Source: a virus (lineage: Duplodnaviria; Caudoviricetes). From it: DNA of 64,000 bases. Under the pieces are notes generated by a model. That model did no database searches, was not told where the DNA came from, and worked only from the letters and a program-made list of their open reading frames with translations. Below are positions 43,246 to 55,039 of this stretch, piece by piece (within the stretch, counting starts at the first letter, position 1; every line of letters starts with the position of its first letter). The stretch covers positions 7,358 through 71,357 of IMG/VR virus record IMGVR_UViG_3300016643_000249; one strand, 5' to 3'. Position numbers and translations under genes: made by a program.

Positions 43246-45794
43246 TGTCTTTTGCAAATACCTCAATACTGATTAATCGTCAGGTACCTGAATTTGTCAG
43301 GGACGAGTATCCTCTTTTCATTACATTTTTAGAGGCATACTATGAATTCCTTGAGCAAAAACAAACAGGTGAACTAAATGATTTAACTCAGCAAGCCAAA
43401 AATCTAAGATACATTTCTGATGTTGATGCCTCTATTGACCAGTTTGAATCTAGTTTCTTCAACACCTATGCTTCTTCGCTGCCTAGAGATTCGGCAGTAG
43501 ATAAAGAATTTCTTATCAAAAATGTTTTGCCTCTTTACTTAGCAAAAGGCAATGAGGCGGCATTTAAACTATTATTCCGACTTCTTTACAATGATGAAGT
43601 CACAATCATACAACCAAGAAACAATGTTCTTCGTGCCTCTGATGGTAAATGGACAGTTGATAATGTTTTAAGAATTGAAAAAGATATCAGAAGTGTTTAT
43701 GCAGGCACAGGTTCAAATACAGAATTTATTCTTGCACAAACAGCTGGTTCTGGTCAAATTGATGTTTATGTAAACGATGTTTTAAAAATTGAAGGAACGG
43801 ATTATTTTATCCGTAAAGAAACACAGAAGATTGTGTTTGTTTCTGCACCAGTTGCCAATTCAACTATTGAAGTATTCTACGATGATTTTGATATTACACT
43901 TATCAACAATCGTAAAATAACTGGCCTTACTTCTGGTGCCTCTGCAATTGTTGAACGAGCAGCTCCAAGGATTATTACAGACCAATTGAACTTTGGTTTG
44001 CCTTTTGAATTATTCATCAATAATAAAACTCTGATTGGTAATTTCACGAATGGTGAAAAAATTGCCACAGATATCATTGACACAAATGGTAACTTAATTG
44101 AGTTAGAAGCTGATACATTTTCTATTTTAACTAAAATCAATGTCATTAACGGTGGCACTCTTTATAATGTTGGTGATCCAGTAACAATTGTTGGTGGTGG
44201 TGCTATCACTACGGCAACAGCAGAAATTGATAGAGTTACCGATGGTTTTACTTCTCGCATTGTTGTAAATTACGGTGGTGCTGGTTTTAAAGATGCTTCT
44301 CTTATTGAATCTACCACAGCTAATACCACAATAATTATAGGTGCTGTTGACGGAGTAAACACAAGCCACTATACAGCTAACACTTACATTGTTCTTGGTA
44401 CTGATGTTATTCAAAGCTTCAATGGTAATTCAAATGCAGTTAATACTTTAATTAGTGCAGCAGATTATGGATTTCCTGGACCATTTACTGAAAATGTAAA
44501 CACAAGAATCATTGATGCCTTAACTACGGCAACTTTAACCGATTTAGGCCCAATGACCAATGTGGCAATTCTGTTTTCAAATACAACAACAAATGTCGCC
44601 ACACTAGATGCTCAAGGCGCTTTGTATCTGGCAGGAAATACTTTCTTTGACATTAAAGATTTTAAATCTGTTGGAAGAATTGATGTTATCTCTGGTGGTT
44701 CAGGTTATAAAGTTGGTGATGAAGTTGTATTTGGATCCAATCCACCAGGAACAATTGGCATTGGTGCTGCAGCTGCGGTCAAAACAGTAAATGCAACAGG
44801 AAGTATTCTTACTGTTGAAATACAACCACCTAGAGTTTCTGGTACAGCAAATGTTTTAAATAATACAGTTCAAATTATTGGAACTGGCACAAACTTTCCA
44901 GCAGATTTTTCTGTTGGTGATAAAATTATTATTCGCAGCCAAGAAAGATATATCAACGCAATCACTTCATCTACAACGGCCAATGTGAATGTGGCGTTTT
45001 CTTGGGAGTCAGGTGGTGGCAATTGGGCTAATGATTATCCAATTGGTTCGTTTACAAGAGGGTTGGTTGGTGGTTCTAATTATACACAAAATAATTTCCC
45101 AACCGTTACTGTTTCTACCGCTTCTGGTGGGTCTGGTGCGAGTGTAGTAGTTAAAGCTTTGATGGGTAATGGTGAAATACTATCACCATTCTCTGATTTC
45201 CCACCTGGCCAGATACTCTCTATCAAACTTACTTCTGGTGGAGTTGGATATCAATACATTCCACAAGTTGATTTGACGAACTATGGTGATGGTTTAGCAA
45301 TTGCCAATGCGGTTCTTGGTGGTGTTTACACTACACTACCTGGTCGTTGGACCTCATCCGATTCTATCATATCAAGTTCTGAGCGTAAACTACAAGGGTC
45401 AAATTACTATGTTGACTACTCTTACATTACTTCGTCATTAACAGAATTTAGTAAATACAAAGAAATTCTTAAATCATTACTGCACCCAGCTGGTTTTGTT
45501 AATTATGCTGATGTTAACAAAGAGTTTGAAGCTAATACAACTGTTGAAATAGATGCTTCTATAGCAAATACAATTTCAGGTAATGTGTCTGTTACAAGTG
45601 GTTCTATTTACATTGTAGGTACAGGCACAAGATTTAACATTGCAAACACTCGTAGCATCTTTACGATTGGTTCTAATGTTGCGGTCAATGGTGAAATTCG
45701 TACCATCAGCACAATTGTAAGTAACAGTAATCTATCTGTTTCTTCTGCATTTACCTATAGTGCCAATGACCAGACCCTCTTTATATTGACATAA
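43245..45794 (+). CDS. gp7: baseplate wedge initiator gp7
   Basis: QVPEFVR..YP.F..FLEAYYE, SDGKW, LLHPAGF. Confidence 0.8.
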   Translation: MSFANTSILINRQVPEFVRDEYPLFITFLEAYYEFLEQKQTGELNDLTQQAKNLRYISDVDASIDQFESSFFNTYASSLPRDSAVDKEFLIKNVLPLYLAKGNEAAFKLLFRLLYNDEVTIIQPRNNVLRASDGKWTVDNVLRIEKDIRSVYAGTGSNTEFILAQTAGSGQIDVYVNDVLKIEGTDYFIRKETQKIVFVSAPVANSTIEVFYDDFDITLINNRKITGLTSGASAIVERAAPRIITDQLNFGLPFELFINNKTLIGNFTNGEKIATDIIDTNGNLIELEADTFSILTKINVINGGTLYNVGDPVTIVGGGAITTATAEIDRVTDGFTSRIVVNYGGAGFKDASLIESTTANTTIIIGAVDGVNTSHYTANTYIVLGTDVIQSFNGNSNAVNTLISAADYGFPGPFTENVNTRIIDALTTATLTDLGPMTNVAILFSNTTTNVATLDAQGALYLAGNTFFDIKDFKSVGRIDVISGGSGYKVGDEVVFGSNPPGTIGIGAAAAVKTVNATGSILTVEIQPPRVSGTANVLNNTVQIIGTGTNFPADFSVGDKIIIRSQERYINAITSSTTANVNVAFSWESGGGNWANDYPIGSFTRGLVGGSNYTQNNFPTVTVSTASGGSGASVVVKALMGNGEILSPFSDFPPGQILSIKLTSGGVGYQYIPQVDLTNYGDGLAIANAVLGGVYTTLPGRWTSSDSIISSSERKLQGSNYYVDYSYITSSLTEFSKYKEILKSLLHPAGFVNYADVNKEFEANTTVEIDASIANTISGNVSVTSGSIYIVGTGTRFNIANTRSIFTIGSNVAVNGEIRTISTIVSNSNLSVSSAFTYSANDQTLFILT

Positions 45795-45803
45795 ATAACA
45801 CTT

Positions 45804-47420
45804 ATGGCTACATCCATTAATACAAGAAAATTAAGTTACAACTCTGCAAAGCTTTGGCGTGATGCTTTATTGAACGCATCAACAAATAATTGTCCAGTTC
45901 TTTATGTAACAATTGGCAATAGTGTTCCTTATGCCAATGAAGCTTCTCCAGATTCAATTGTTGATACATTAAACACAGAAAAATCTGCATGGGATAATAT
46001 CTTTGCCGGCAAGAGAGCCACAGGAAACGATGTTTCTTTGGTTTTACCAAAAGTTAATTGGACAGCAAATACAAAATACAGACAATACGATGATACCATT
46101 GGTGTCGTGGACCTAGTAACTGCAAATACCACGCAAAACTTAAAACCAATGTATGTGATTACAAGTGCAAGAAATGTTTACAAATGTCTTGCCAATTCAG
46201 CCGGTGCTAACTCAACAGTTGAGCCAAGCGGCGACTATACAACATCAAACGGCAATATTGCAACCGCAGATGGTTACATTTGGAAGTATATGTTCAATGT
46301 AAAACCATCTAATAAATTTTTAAATACAGATTGGGTACCAGCACCAACTTCAATAACTGCTTTAGATTATGGTGTAGATGCAAGTGGAGTGGTTCTTGGA
46401 GAGTTAACAACTATTGTTGTAACAGCAAATGGCACAAACTACCGTGAAGCATCCAATGTTCGTGTAGATTCTTTCGTATCTGGTCAAACCACTATTCGTT
46501 TATCTAATACGGCTTTAACTTTATCAATTTTTAGTATTCCTGCTCTTTCTAATCTTGCCAATATGGCAATTTCTGGAACAGGAATTCCAACCGATACCTA
46601 TATCACCGCTGTTGCTAACGCAAACGGACTAATCACACTTTCTTCTTCAACAAATGCTATTGGCGGAAATGCTAATAATATTACAATTTCTACCCGTGTT
46701 TACATTGATGGTGACGGAACAGGCGCAGTAGCAAATGCGGTTTTATCAAACACTTCCATTAATGTAAGTGGTGCTGATGCAAACATAGCAAGAGTAAATG
46801 TGACCACAATTGGAACAAACTATACCCGTGCAAATGCATTGGTGTTTGGTTCTGGAACAGGTGCTACCACCCGTGTAATTATTGCACCAAAATTTGGTCA
46901 TGCTTTTAACCCTGCTGAAGAACTCATGTCAAATACAGTAATGGTGGCAGTAAGGATTGGTGAAATTGATTCTACAGAAAATGGTCTAATCTCCGTTGAC
47001 ACCTCGTTTAGGCAGGTAGGGCTCCTTCAGAATCCGTATAAATACGCTTCAAATAGTAGGGTGGAAGTATCAAACGCTAATACAGTAATTTCTCAGACGA
47101 CAGATATGGGAGTTATTGCTGGCACAAGTTATACTTTAAACGAATATGTGTACCAAGGAAGTTCTGCGAGTAATGCTTCTGCGTATGGATATTTAAATGC
47201 TCAAACTTCAAATGAGGTACGATTGATACGAGTAACCGGAACATTTGTGACTGGTCTTCCACTTATTGGTGCTACTTCCGGTGTATCCAGAACAGTCACC
47301 TCAGTTTCAAATCCAGAATTAAAACCATACTCTGGCGATATGCTATACATAGAAAATGCAGTAAAAACTGACCGTGCAGATGGTCAGGCAGAAAATATTA
47401 AATTGACGGTAAGTTTTTAA
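45804..47420 (+). CDS. gp8: baseplate wedge subunit gp8
   Basis: NVYKCL.N, EPSG, DGYIWKYMF, SGD.LYIEN. Confidence 0.85.
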   Translation: MATSINTRKLSYNSAKLWRDALLNASTNNCPVLYVTIGNSVPYANEASPDSIVDTLNTEKSAWDNIFAGKRATGNDVSLVLPKVNWTANTKYRQYDDTIGVVDLVTANTTQNLKPMYVITSARNVYKCLANSAGANSTVEPSGDYTTSNGNIATADGYIWKYMFNVKPSNKFLNTDWVPAPTSITALDYGVDASGVVLGELTTIVVTANGTNYREASNVRVDSFVSGQTTIRLSNTALTLSIFSIPALSNLANMAISGTGIPTDTYITAVANANGLITLSSSTNAIGGNANNITISTRVYIDGDGTGAVANAVLSNTSINVSGADANIARVNVTTIGTNYTRANALVFGSGTGATTRVIIAPKFGHAFNPAEELMSNTVMVAVRIGEIDSTENGLISVDTSFRQVGLLQNPYKYASNSRVEVSNANTVISQTTDMGVIAGTSYTLNEYVYQGSSASNASAYGYLNAQTSNEVRLIRVTGTFVTGLPLIGATSGVSRTVTSVSNPELKPYSGDMLYIENAVKTDRADGQAENIKLTVSF

Positions 47421-47430
47421 GGCTTAACAG

Positions 47431-50400
47431 ATGGCAATTGACACCAATTTTAATGTAAATCCATACTACGATGATTATGATGAGGATAAAAAATTCCTCC
47501 GTATGCTCTTCAAACCTGGCTATGCTGTTCAGGCTCGTGAATTAACTCAATTACAAACAATTCTCCAAAAACAAGTAGAGCGTTTTGGTAGTCATGTCTT
47601 TCAAAATGGCTCTGTTGTAACTGGTGGCCAAACCGTATTTCAAAATACTGCTTTTCTTAAAATTGATACAAATTATGCTGGCGCTGCGGTAACAATTGAT
47701 GATTTTGTTGGCAAAGCAATCGTTGACAACATTCAAAGTCCTACCAAGCGTGCTGAAGTAATTAAAGTATATGATGCCGATGCCGGCACAGGTGACCCAA
47801 AAACATTAATGATTCAAACTGTTTTTGGCACATTCAACTCTGGCGACACAATTCTTACCTACGAAACTGGACCAACATACGCAAATGTTTCTACATCAGG
47901 AACCGGAACAGGCCAAACTTTTTCTGTTGATTCTGGTGTTTATTACTACGATGGTTTCTTTATTAAAAATGATGCACAGACAATTGCTGTGTCCAAATAT
48001 GACCAATTATCCAATGCAAGAATTGGTTTTGAAATTACTGAAGCTATTGTTGAGGCAACTGAAGATACCTCACTTCTTGACCCAGCATTAAATGCTTCAA
48101 ACTATCAGGCACCAGGTGCAGATAGATTTAAAATTACTCTTACTTTAGCCTCACGCTCACTTACTTCTACTGATGATACTGAATTTATTGAATTAGCTAG
48201 AGTAGAAAATGGCAATTTAACAAAGTATTACAAGTATCCAATCTATTCAGTTTTAGAAGATACTTTAGCTCGCCGAACATTTGATGAATCTGGTAACTAT
48301 ACAGTTAAACCATTTAAGATAGCGCTTCAAACTTCATCTAATACCGCAAATCTGGATGTGATTCTTTCTCCAGGTAAAGCTTATGTTTATGGTTATGAGT
48401 TTGAAACTATTTCGCCAACTACATTAACTTTTGATAAACCAAGAGATACCGATAGCGTAACAAATAAACGACTATCTGCTGACTATGGTTATTATGTTTA
48501 TGCTAACAATGTTTATGGTTCTTTTCCAATTAATAGTTTACAGACAGTAGATTTGCATTGTGTAGCAAATGCTTCAATCAATACAAACTCTACCGGCACA
48601 GTTTCAAACACAAAAATTGGTACTGCAAGAATCAAATCTATTGCTTATGATTCAGCTGCCAATACGCAAGACAGTTCTACATATGAATACAAACTTTTCT
48701 TATTTGATGTAGATGTTGGCTCTATTGCTGGTGGCAATTGTAATACAGGTATTGCTGCAGGCAACACTTCTTATATTCAAATTGCAAATACTGTTTCTGG
48801 CAATTTATTCTATTCAACTGTTGATAATGCTTACCAAGGTGCTAAGTTACGAATTGTAGCCGGTCCTGGTGTTGGTGAAGAGCCAAGAACAATTACAAAC
48901 TATAAAGGTTCTACTCAAACACTTCAGATTGATGTTCCATTTACTGCTAATATCAATACACAATCTCAATTTTCTATTGATTTTGAATTTAATGATACTA
49001 AATCAGTTGTTGTAAGTAGTTCTGCCTCTATTCTTTCCGCTGCAAATATTGATGAGCGTTCTAAAGACCCAGCAACAACATACAATGATACCATAGCAAC
49101 TGATACAAGTGCTGAAACATTAGTGTTTAGCCTTGGTGATTCTTTTGTTGCAAATGGTTCTATTGCTGACCTTTCACTTTCATATCGCAGATTGTATGAG
49201 AATCAATCATTCTCTGCTGGTCTTTCACCAGCATTGACCGTTGGTACTGGTGAATCTATTGCTTCTGCCACATCAACTTCAGCTAGAGCTGAAAATTATC
49301 AAATTGTAGTTACTTCACAAGGTACTGGAGTTTATGGTGTAGGCCAAACTGTACCTGCAACTGCAATTACAGGTGTTGATACAGGAACTCGTAAGATTAC
49401 TGTAAATGGTGGCGGTTCTATGACTGCTAACATTATTGCTACGATTGATGTTAGCAATCCAACACAAAAGAATAAAACATATATTGCAGGTAACACCACA
49501 ATTCAAACTTCTGGTGGTGTAGATTTATTTGGTAATGGTGCAGTTACCTTATATGGTTCACAAGGTCAGATACAGATTGCAGCTAACACGATTGTTAAAA
49601 CACCAGATACTAACCAATCATTGTTTACCTCTGATGTTGTAAGTTTAACTTCTGTATTAGATTTCAATGGTGCTGCAATTAGCCCAGCAAACGAAGCAAG
49701 TGCTATCAATGTAACATCACGCTATGTTCTTGTAAACGGCCAAAAAGATTCTTATTATGACCATGCGGCAATTAAATTAAAATCAGGTGTTTCTGCACCT
49801 GTTGGCCCACTTGTTGTTAAATTTAATCAGTTTGTATCTTCTGGTGCTGGATTCTTTACAGTAGATTCATATACTGGTAGTGGTTATGCGTATGAAAATA
49901 TTCCATCATATGCAGCTACAAATGGCACATTATATGAATTGCGTGATTCTTTAGATTTTAGACCTGTTCGTGCAAATGCTACAGTAGCAACAGCCAATTC
50001 TTTTGTGTTTGATGTTGATTCTACCACTACAGGCCCAAAAGTACCAGAAAATGGTTCTGACATTATTCTGGATTATCAATATTACCTTGCTCGTAATGAT
50101 AAAGTTATTTTAAACAAAAATAGAACATTTGAGGTATTACAAGGCGTTTCTTCATTAAACCCTGTAGACCCAAAAGACAAAGATAACTCAATGACGCTAT
50201 ACATTTTGCGTCATCCACCTTATGTTTTAAATTCTGCTAATACAGAAGTTCAATACATCAATAATCGCCGTTATACAATGAAAGATATTGGCACTATTGA
50301 AAAGCGTGTTGAAAACTTAGAATACTATACTTCACTTTCTTTATTAGAACAAGAGACACTTAGCAAACAAGATTTAACTATTCTTGATTCTTCTAACTTA

Positions 50401-53391
50401 GCAAGATTTAAAAATGGTATTATTGTTGATTCATTTAAAGGCCATTCAATTGCTGATGTAGCAAAGAATGAATATAAAGCCGCAATTGACCCAAACAATA
50501 AAGAGATGAGACCAACATTTAACATCTCATCTTTTGCTTTAAATTTTGATTCTGCTAATTCATCTGGTTATACACAAAATGGTGCTTTTATTACCGTTTC
50601 GTCTTTAGTTACACAGTTTATTGACCAACCTAAAGCTTCTAAGACAGTTAATGTTAATCCATTCAATGTGGTTAATTATCTTGGCAAAATTGAATTAAAT
50701 CCAAAATCTGATATTTGGATTGACACAACTCGCAATCCAGATGTTCTTGTAAACTTAGAAGGTGACAAAGACGCTTGGTCTCTAATTACTGACAGAATTC
50801 CTGCTCAATTTGAGTGGGGTAATTGGCAAACATATCAAGTTGGACAAAGTGTTACTGGCCAACAATCTTGGATAGGCGGTCAAGGTGGTTGGACTGTCCG
50901 ATTTGCTGCTGATGTGGTAACAACTACACAAAGAGAAACGAGAACCGGTGTTCGTTCAGCTGTTGTTCCAGAAACAATCACACAATCTCTTGGTGACCGT
51001 GTCGTAGACCTGTCTATCATACCTTACATGAGAAGTGCGGCTGTTTTATTTACCGCTTCAGATTTTAAACCTAGCACAACTCTATACCCATTTTTTGATT
51101 CAACATTAGTTGAACAATATGTTGGTCGTGCAAATAAATTTATATTAGCAAATAATAATTTATCTTATCAAACTTCTGTAGGTAATTTTGAAACTGCTAC
51201 AATTAAAAATAATATTACAAACACAACAAATGGTTCTGTAACTGTTGTTAAGAGTTCTAATAGTGAAATGTTTGTTGTGAATGTATCTCCAAACACTTCA
51301 TTTAATATTGCTAATGCTAATCTAATTGGTTCTTCAACTAGCACTTCTGTTCGCATCAATGGATATGAGCACTATTCAGGTAATGCAAATGCAGCAACCG
51401 TAAGTTCAATTACCTTGCGTATTGATGCTTCTGGTGCAAACAATGAATCGTATTATGCAAATACTGCTAATAGTAATACAATTTTCATTGTTTCTGGTAC
51501 AGGTGCAGGACAACAAAGAACAATTAATTCGTATAGTGCCGTCACAAGAACAGCAAATATTACAAGTAACTGGACAACAACTCCAGATACAACATCTGTT
51601 TACTCAATTGGCAGACCAACTACTACCGCTGCAGGTGATGTTGCTGGAGTTTATACAATTCCTGCTTCTACTTTCCGTATTGGTGAAAAACGATTCCGCT
51701 TAATTGATAACAATAGTAATGATGTTGGTTCTTCTTCTACAAATGGAGATGCTTCGTTCTTTGCACAAGGGTTGTTACAGAGAGTTGAAGAAACAATAAT
51801 TTCTGCAACTGTACCTAGTATTCAACGCCAATCGGTTTCAGATGAAAGAATTACAACTTCTACAACGGTAACAAATCAGCGTGTCGCACAATGGATTGAC
51901 CCTCTTGCTCAAACATTCTTAATTGCACCAGGAACATATCCAAATGGATTGTTTATTAATCGTGTAAGATTCTGCTTTAAATCTAAAGATGATACTGTGC
52001 CTGTTACATTACAAATTCGCCCAACGGTGAATGGATATCCTTCTTATGCCGTAGTTTATCCATATGCAACGGTTACAATGACACCAGACAAGGTTAAAAC
52101 AACTGATTCGCCAGATTTAGATGATGCTAACAAATATACTGATTTTGTATTTGATACTCCAATCTATATGCAACCAGGTGAACACTCATTTGTTCTATTG
52201 TCTAACTCTAACAAATATGAAGTTTATGCGGCAGAAATTGGTGCTCTAGATACTGTCTCAGGTCGCCAAATCTCTGAGCAACCATATGGTGGTTCATTGT
52301 TCTTGTCACAGAATGGTTCTACATGGGAACCAGACCAAAATTCTGACATGACATTTAGAATGTTCCGTAATCAGTTTTCTACAACACCAGCTACCGCTGC
52401 GTTTAAGATTAATGCTCCGGCAGCAAACACCAAACTTGATTTGGTTAACTTAATAACTGGTGATATGGTAATTGGAGACACTTCTTTAGTTTATAGATTT
52501 AACTCCGTATCAGATGCAACTGGTGGTGCTGCAGGTCTTAAAGCATTACGGCCATTAGAAGATTATGATATGAATGATGATGTTGGTCGCCGTGTATTGA
52601 CAACTAGCAATAGTTCATTTACTGTTCAGGCCACAATGGCAACAACAGATACAGCTGTTTCTCCAGTTATTGATACTACACGATTTGGTATTATTGCGGT
52701 AGAAAACATTATTAACAACTTGCCTCTTGTTAATTCAGGATTTACTGTTGTTAGTTCTGGCGCATCATACTCTGCTACACCAACAGTTACAATTACTGGC
52801 GGCGGTGGTTCAGGTGCTACTGCTCGTGCAAATGTAACAGGCTCTGGAACAATTGATGCAATCGTTCTTACAAATGATGGTGGTTCTGGTTATACAACAT
52901 CACCAACAATTACGATTACTGATGGCACAGGTTCTGGTGCTTCTGTAACTTATAACGGCGAAGATAAAAAATCTGGTGGCAACTCTAATGTTCGTTATAT
53001 TACTCGCCGTGTAACATTGTCTGATGGTTTTGATTCTGGTGACTTGCGTGTTTATGTGACCGCTTACAAACCAGCTGGGTCAAGCATCTATGTTTACTAT
53101 AAATTGTTGTCGCAATCTGACCCTGATGATTTTGATGATAAGAATTATCAATTAATGACAGAGATAGGCAATCAAAACTTTATCTCAATTAATTCAAATG
53201 ATTATCGTGAATTAACTTTTGCACCAGGTATTGATGGATCAGCAAATAATCAAATTTCGTATAGCTCAGGTAGCACATCTTATCGTTCATTTAGAACCTT
53301 TGCAATTAAGATTGTAGTGGCTGGTACTTCTTATGTTGATGTGCCAAAAGTCCAAGATTTCCGTGCAATTGCTTTACCAGAAGGTAGCTAA
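47431..53391 (+). CDS. large virion structural protein (DUF4815/VrlC-like)
   Basis: NV.PYYDDYDE.K.F...LFKPGYAVQARELTQLQ; ARRTFDESGNY; RFKNG.IVD.F. Confidence 0.85.
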   Translation: MAIDTNFNVNPYYDDYDEDKKFLRMLFKPGYAVQARELTQLQTILQKQVERFGSHVFQNGSVVTGGQTVFQNTAFLKIDTNYAGAAVTIDDFVGKAIVDNIQSPTKRAEVIKVYDADAGTGDPKTLMIQTVFGTFNSGDTILTYETGPTYANVSTSGTGTGQTFSVDSGVYYYDGFFIKNDAQTIAVSKYDQLSNARIGFEITEAIVEATEDTSLLDPALNASNYQAPGADRFKITLTLASRSLTSTDDTEFIELARVENGNLTKYYKYPIYSVLEDTLARRTFDESGNYTVKPFKIALQTSSNTANLDVILSPGKAYVYGYEFETISPTTLTFDKPRDTDSVTNKRLSADYGYYVYANNVYGSFPINSLQTVDLHCVANASINTNSTGTVSNTKIGTARIKSIAYDSAANTQDSSTYEYKLFLFDVDVGSIAGGNCNTGIAAGNTSYIQIANTVSGNLFYSTVDNAYQGAKLRIVAGPGVGEEPRTITNYKGSTQTLQIDVPFTANINTQSQFSIDFEFNDTKSVVVSSSASILSAANIDERSKDPATTYNDTIATDTSAETLVFSLGDSFVANGSIADLSLSYRRLYENQSFSAGLSPALTVGTGESIASATSTSARAENYQIVVTSQGTGVYGVGQTVPATAITGVDTGTRKITVNGGGSMTANIIATIDVSNPTQKNKTYIAGNTTIQTSGGVDLFGNGAVTLYGSQGQIQIAANTIVKTPDTNQSLFTSDVVSLTSVLDFNGAAISPANEASAINVTSRYVLVNGQKDSYYDHAAIKLKSGVSAPVGPLVVKFNQFVSSGAGFFTVDSYTGSGYAYENIPSYAATNGTLYELRDSLDFRPVRANATVATANSFVFDVDSTTTGPKVPENGSDIILDYQYYLARNDKVILNKNRTFEVLQGVSSLNPVDPKDKDNSMTLYILRHPPYVLNSANTEVQYINNRRYTMKDIGTIEKRVENLEYYTSLSLLEQETLSKQDLTILDSSNLARFKNGIIVDSFKGHSIADVAKNEYKAAIDPNNKEMRPTFNISSFALNFDSANSSGYTQNGAFITVSSLVTQFIDQPKASKTVNVNPFNVVNYLGKIELNPKSDIWIDTTRNPDVLVNLEGDKDAWSLITDRIPAQFEWGNWQTYQVGQSVTGQQSWIGGQGGWTVRFAADVVTTTQRETRTGVRSAVVPETITQSLGDRVVDLSIIPYMRSAAVLFTASDFKPSTTLYPFFDSTLVEQYVGRANKFILANNNLSYQTSVGNFETATIKNNITNTTNGSVTVVKSSNSEMFVVNVSPNTSFNIANANLIGSSTSTSVRINGYEHYSGNANAATVSSITLRIDASGANNESYYANTANSNTIFIVSGTGAGQQRTINSYSAVTRTANITSNWTTTPDTTSVYSIGRPTTTAAGDVAGVYTIPASTFRIGEKRFRLIDNNSNDVGSSSTNGDASFFAQGLLQRVEETIISATVPSIQRQSVSDERITTSTTVTNQRVAQWIDPLAQTFLIAPGTYPNGLFINRVRFCFKSKDDTVPVTLQIRPTVNGYPSYAVVYPYATVTMTPDKVKTTDSPDLDDANKYTDFVFDTPIYMQPGEHSFVLLSNSNKYEVYAAEIGALDTVSGRQISEQPYGGSLFLSQNGSTWEPDQNSDMTFRMFRNQFSTTPATAAFKINAPAANTKLDLVNLITGDMVIGDTSLVYRFNSVSDATGGAAGLKALRPLEDYDMNDDVGRRVLTTSNSSFTVQATMATTDTAVSPVIDTTRFGIIAVENIINNLPLVNSGFTVVSSGASYSATPTVTITGGGGSGATARANVTGSGTIDAIVLTNDGGSGYTTSPTITITDGTGSGASVTYNGEDKKSGGNSNVRYITRRVTLSDGFDSGDLRVYVTAYKPAGSSIYVYYKLLSQSDPDDFDDKNYQLMTEIGNQNFISINSNDYRELTFAPGIDGSANNQISYSSGSTSYRSFRTFAIKIVVAGTSYVDVPKVQDFRAIALPEGS

Positions 53392-53393
53392 AA

Positions 53394-53624
53394 ATGTCAC
53401 TTGTAACCATCAAAGACAACCAAAAACTTGTTCGTGATACTCATTCCAAAGCAGTTCTAAATACTGACAGAAATGGGTTAAATGAATATCTTATGAAGCG
53501 TGAATTAGCAAAAAAAGAAATGTGCGAAAAATCAGAAACAAAAGAGCGTTTGGCAAAGTTAGAATCGGATATGCAAGACATTAAGCAACTACTCATTGAA
53601 ATTGCCGCTCTTCGGAAAGTATAA
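53394..53624 (+). CDS. hypothetical protein
   Basis: LVRD..SKA.LN motif after DUF4815 gene. Confidence 0.7.
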   Translation: MSLVTIKDNQKLVRDTHSKAVLNTDRNGLNEYLMKRELAKKEMCEKSETKERLAKLESDMQDIKQLLIEIAALRKV

Positions 53625-54169
53625 TGTCAAACACAATTAATCAACTTACCACTTCTAATACCTTTTTACAATGGTTGACGGCTACTCAGTCGGTCATTGG
53701 AACACTTAATTCTTTACAAGAAGGTGGTGGCGGTTCTACATTTACTGCAAACACAAATATTGAAATTGCAAATAATGTAACAATTGGTGGTAATCTTACT
53801 GTAAGTGGCAATATTACACTTGATGCAATTGGGTTTGATGACTTAATTGTTTCTGGCGGCGCATCAATTGGCACCACATTAGATGTAACAGGTAATACAA
53901 CTCTTGGTAATGCGACCATTAACTATGGTAATTTGCCAACAGCTAACATCGTATTACTGACTGGTTCTGCAAATACAGCGATTTATGCAAACATTGCTAC
54001 ATCACAAGATGCGGCTACATCGGCCGGAATCTATGCAAATGGTGCTTTCTTGCAGGCCAATACACCAAGTTATACTGCTAACTCAGCTGCAATTTATGCA
54101 AACGGTGCTTTTGCTGCAGCTAACTCCGCAGCTTCCGATGGTCTTGCATTTGCAATCGCCCTTGGATAA
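53624..54169 (+). CDS. fibre-like virion protein
   Basis: SNTF.QW..ATQ N-terminus; SA.IYANGAF..AN repeated twice. Confidence 0.65.
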   Translation: MSNTINQLTTSNTFLQWLTATQSVIGTLNSLQEGGGGSTFTANTNIEIANNVTIGGNLTVSGNITLDAIGFDDLIVSGGASIGTTLDVTGNTTLGNATINYGNLPTANIVLLTGSANTAIYANIATSQDAATSAGIYANGAFLQANTPSYTANSAAIYANGAFAAANSAASDGLAFAIALG

Positions 54170-54203
54170 ATAGATAAATAATCAAAACAGAGGTCTTTCA
54201 TAA

Positions 54204-54530
54204 ATGCCTAATACCTTTAAAAATTCTGTCGTGAATGCTGTAGGAACTGCCGCAATTAATGCCTATGTTTGTCCTGCAGCAACGCAAACAACTGCGATTG
54301 GTATGACTATCGCTAATCTAAACACAAACGCAATTACTGCCAATGTCATGTTAAATGCTGGTGGTTCAAATGTGTATATTCTCAAAAGTGCAACGATTCC
54401 TCCAGGCGGTGCTCTAGTGCCAATTGGTGGAGACCAAAAAGTTGTGCTTGAGGCTGGCGACTACCTTCATGTCAACACTTCAATTGCTAGCTCTGCCGAT
54501 GTTGTCGTAAGTGTTTTGGAGATTAGTTAA
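54204..54530 (+). CDS. small virion protein, 110-aa paralog family
   Basis: Distant member; ends LEIS. Confidence 0.7.
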   Translation: MPNTFKNSVVNAVGTAAINAYVCPAATQTTAIGMTIANLNTNAITANVMLNAGGSNVYILKSATIPPGGALVPIGGDQKVVLEAGDYLHVNTSIASSADVVVSVLEIS

Positions 54531-55039
54531 TGGCATACCTGGGTAATAATCCTGACGCCTATCAATATACCGTTGAAGTTTCTCGTTTCAATGGTACAGG
54601 CGCTTGCACACAATTTCAAATACCGCAAGATGTAGATGATGCCAAAGCAATTGAAGTTCTCGTCAATAGTGTTCAACAGGATCCAGATAATTCATATTCA
54701 GTAGTCAACGGCCTCATTACTTTTACTGAGGCACCTTCAGTTGGTACAAATAATGTTATTGTGCTTCGTAGAACAGGCACTACATATACAAGAACACAGA
54801 TTGCAGCAGGAGATATTTTACCTAATGCGGTAACAACAGCTGCAATTGCTGATAACTCAATCACATCGGATAAAATTGCGCCAGGAACAGTTATTGCTTC
54901 TGATATTGCCGATGGTTCAGTTACAGGACCAAAACTTGGTTTAACTGCTATCAATGCAAACAATATTGTGGATGCCACAATTACTGAAGCAAAATTGGCA
55001 AATCCACCTTTTAATCCTTTCTTACTCTCGGGAATGTAA
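54530..55039 (+). CDS. fibre-like protein (MAYLGN family)
   Basis: V.VNSV.Q.P..SY.V....ITFTEAP; IA..AVT..KI repeats. Confidence 0.7.
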   Translation: MAYLGNNPDAYQYTVEVSRFNGTGACTQFQIPQDVDDAKAIEVLVNSVQQDPDNSYSVVNGLITFTEAPSVGTNNVIVLRRTGTTYTRTQIAAGDILPNAVTTAAIADNSITSDKIAPGTVIASDIADGSVTGPKLGLTAINANNIVDATITEAKLANPPFNPFLLSGM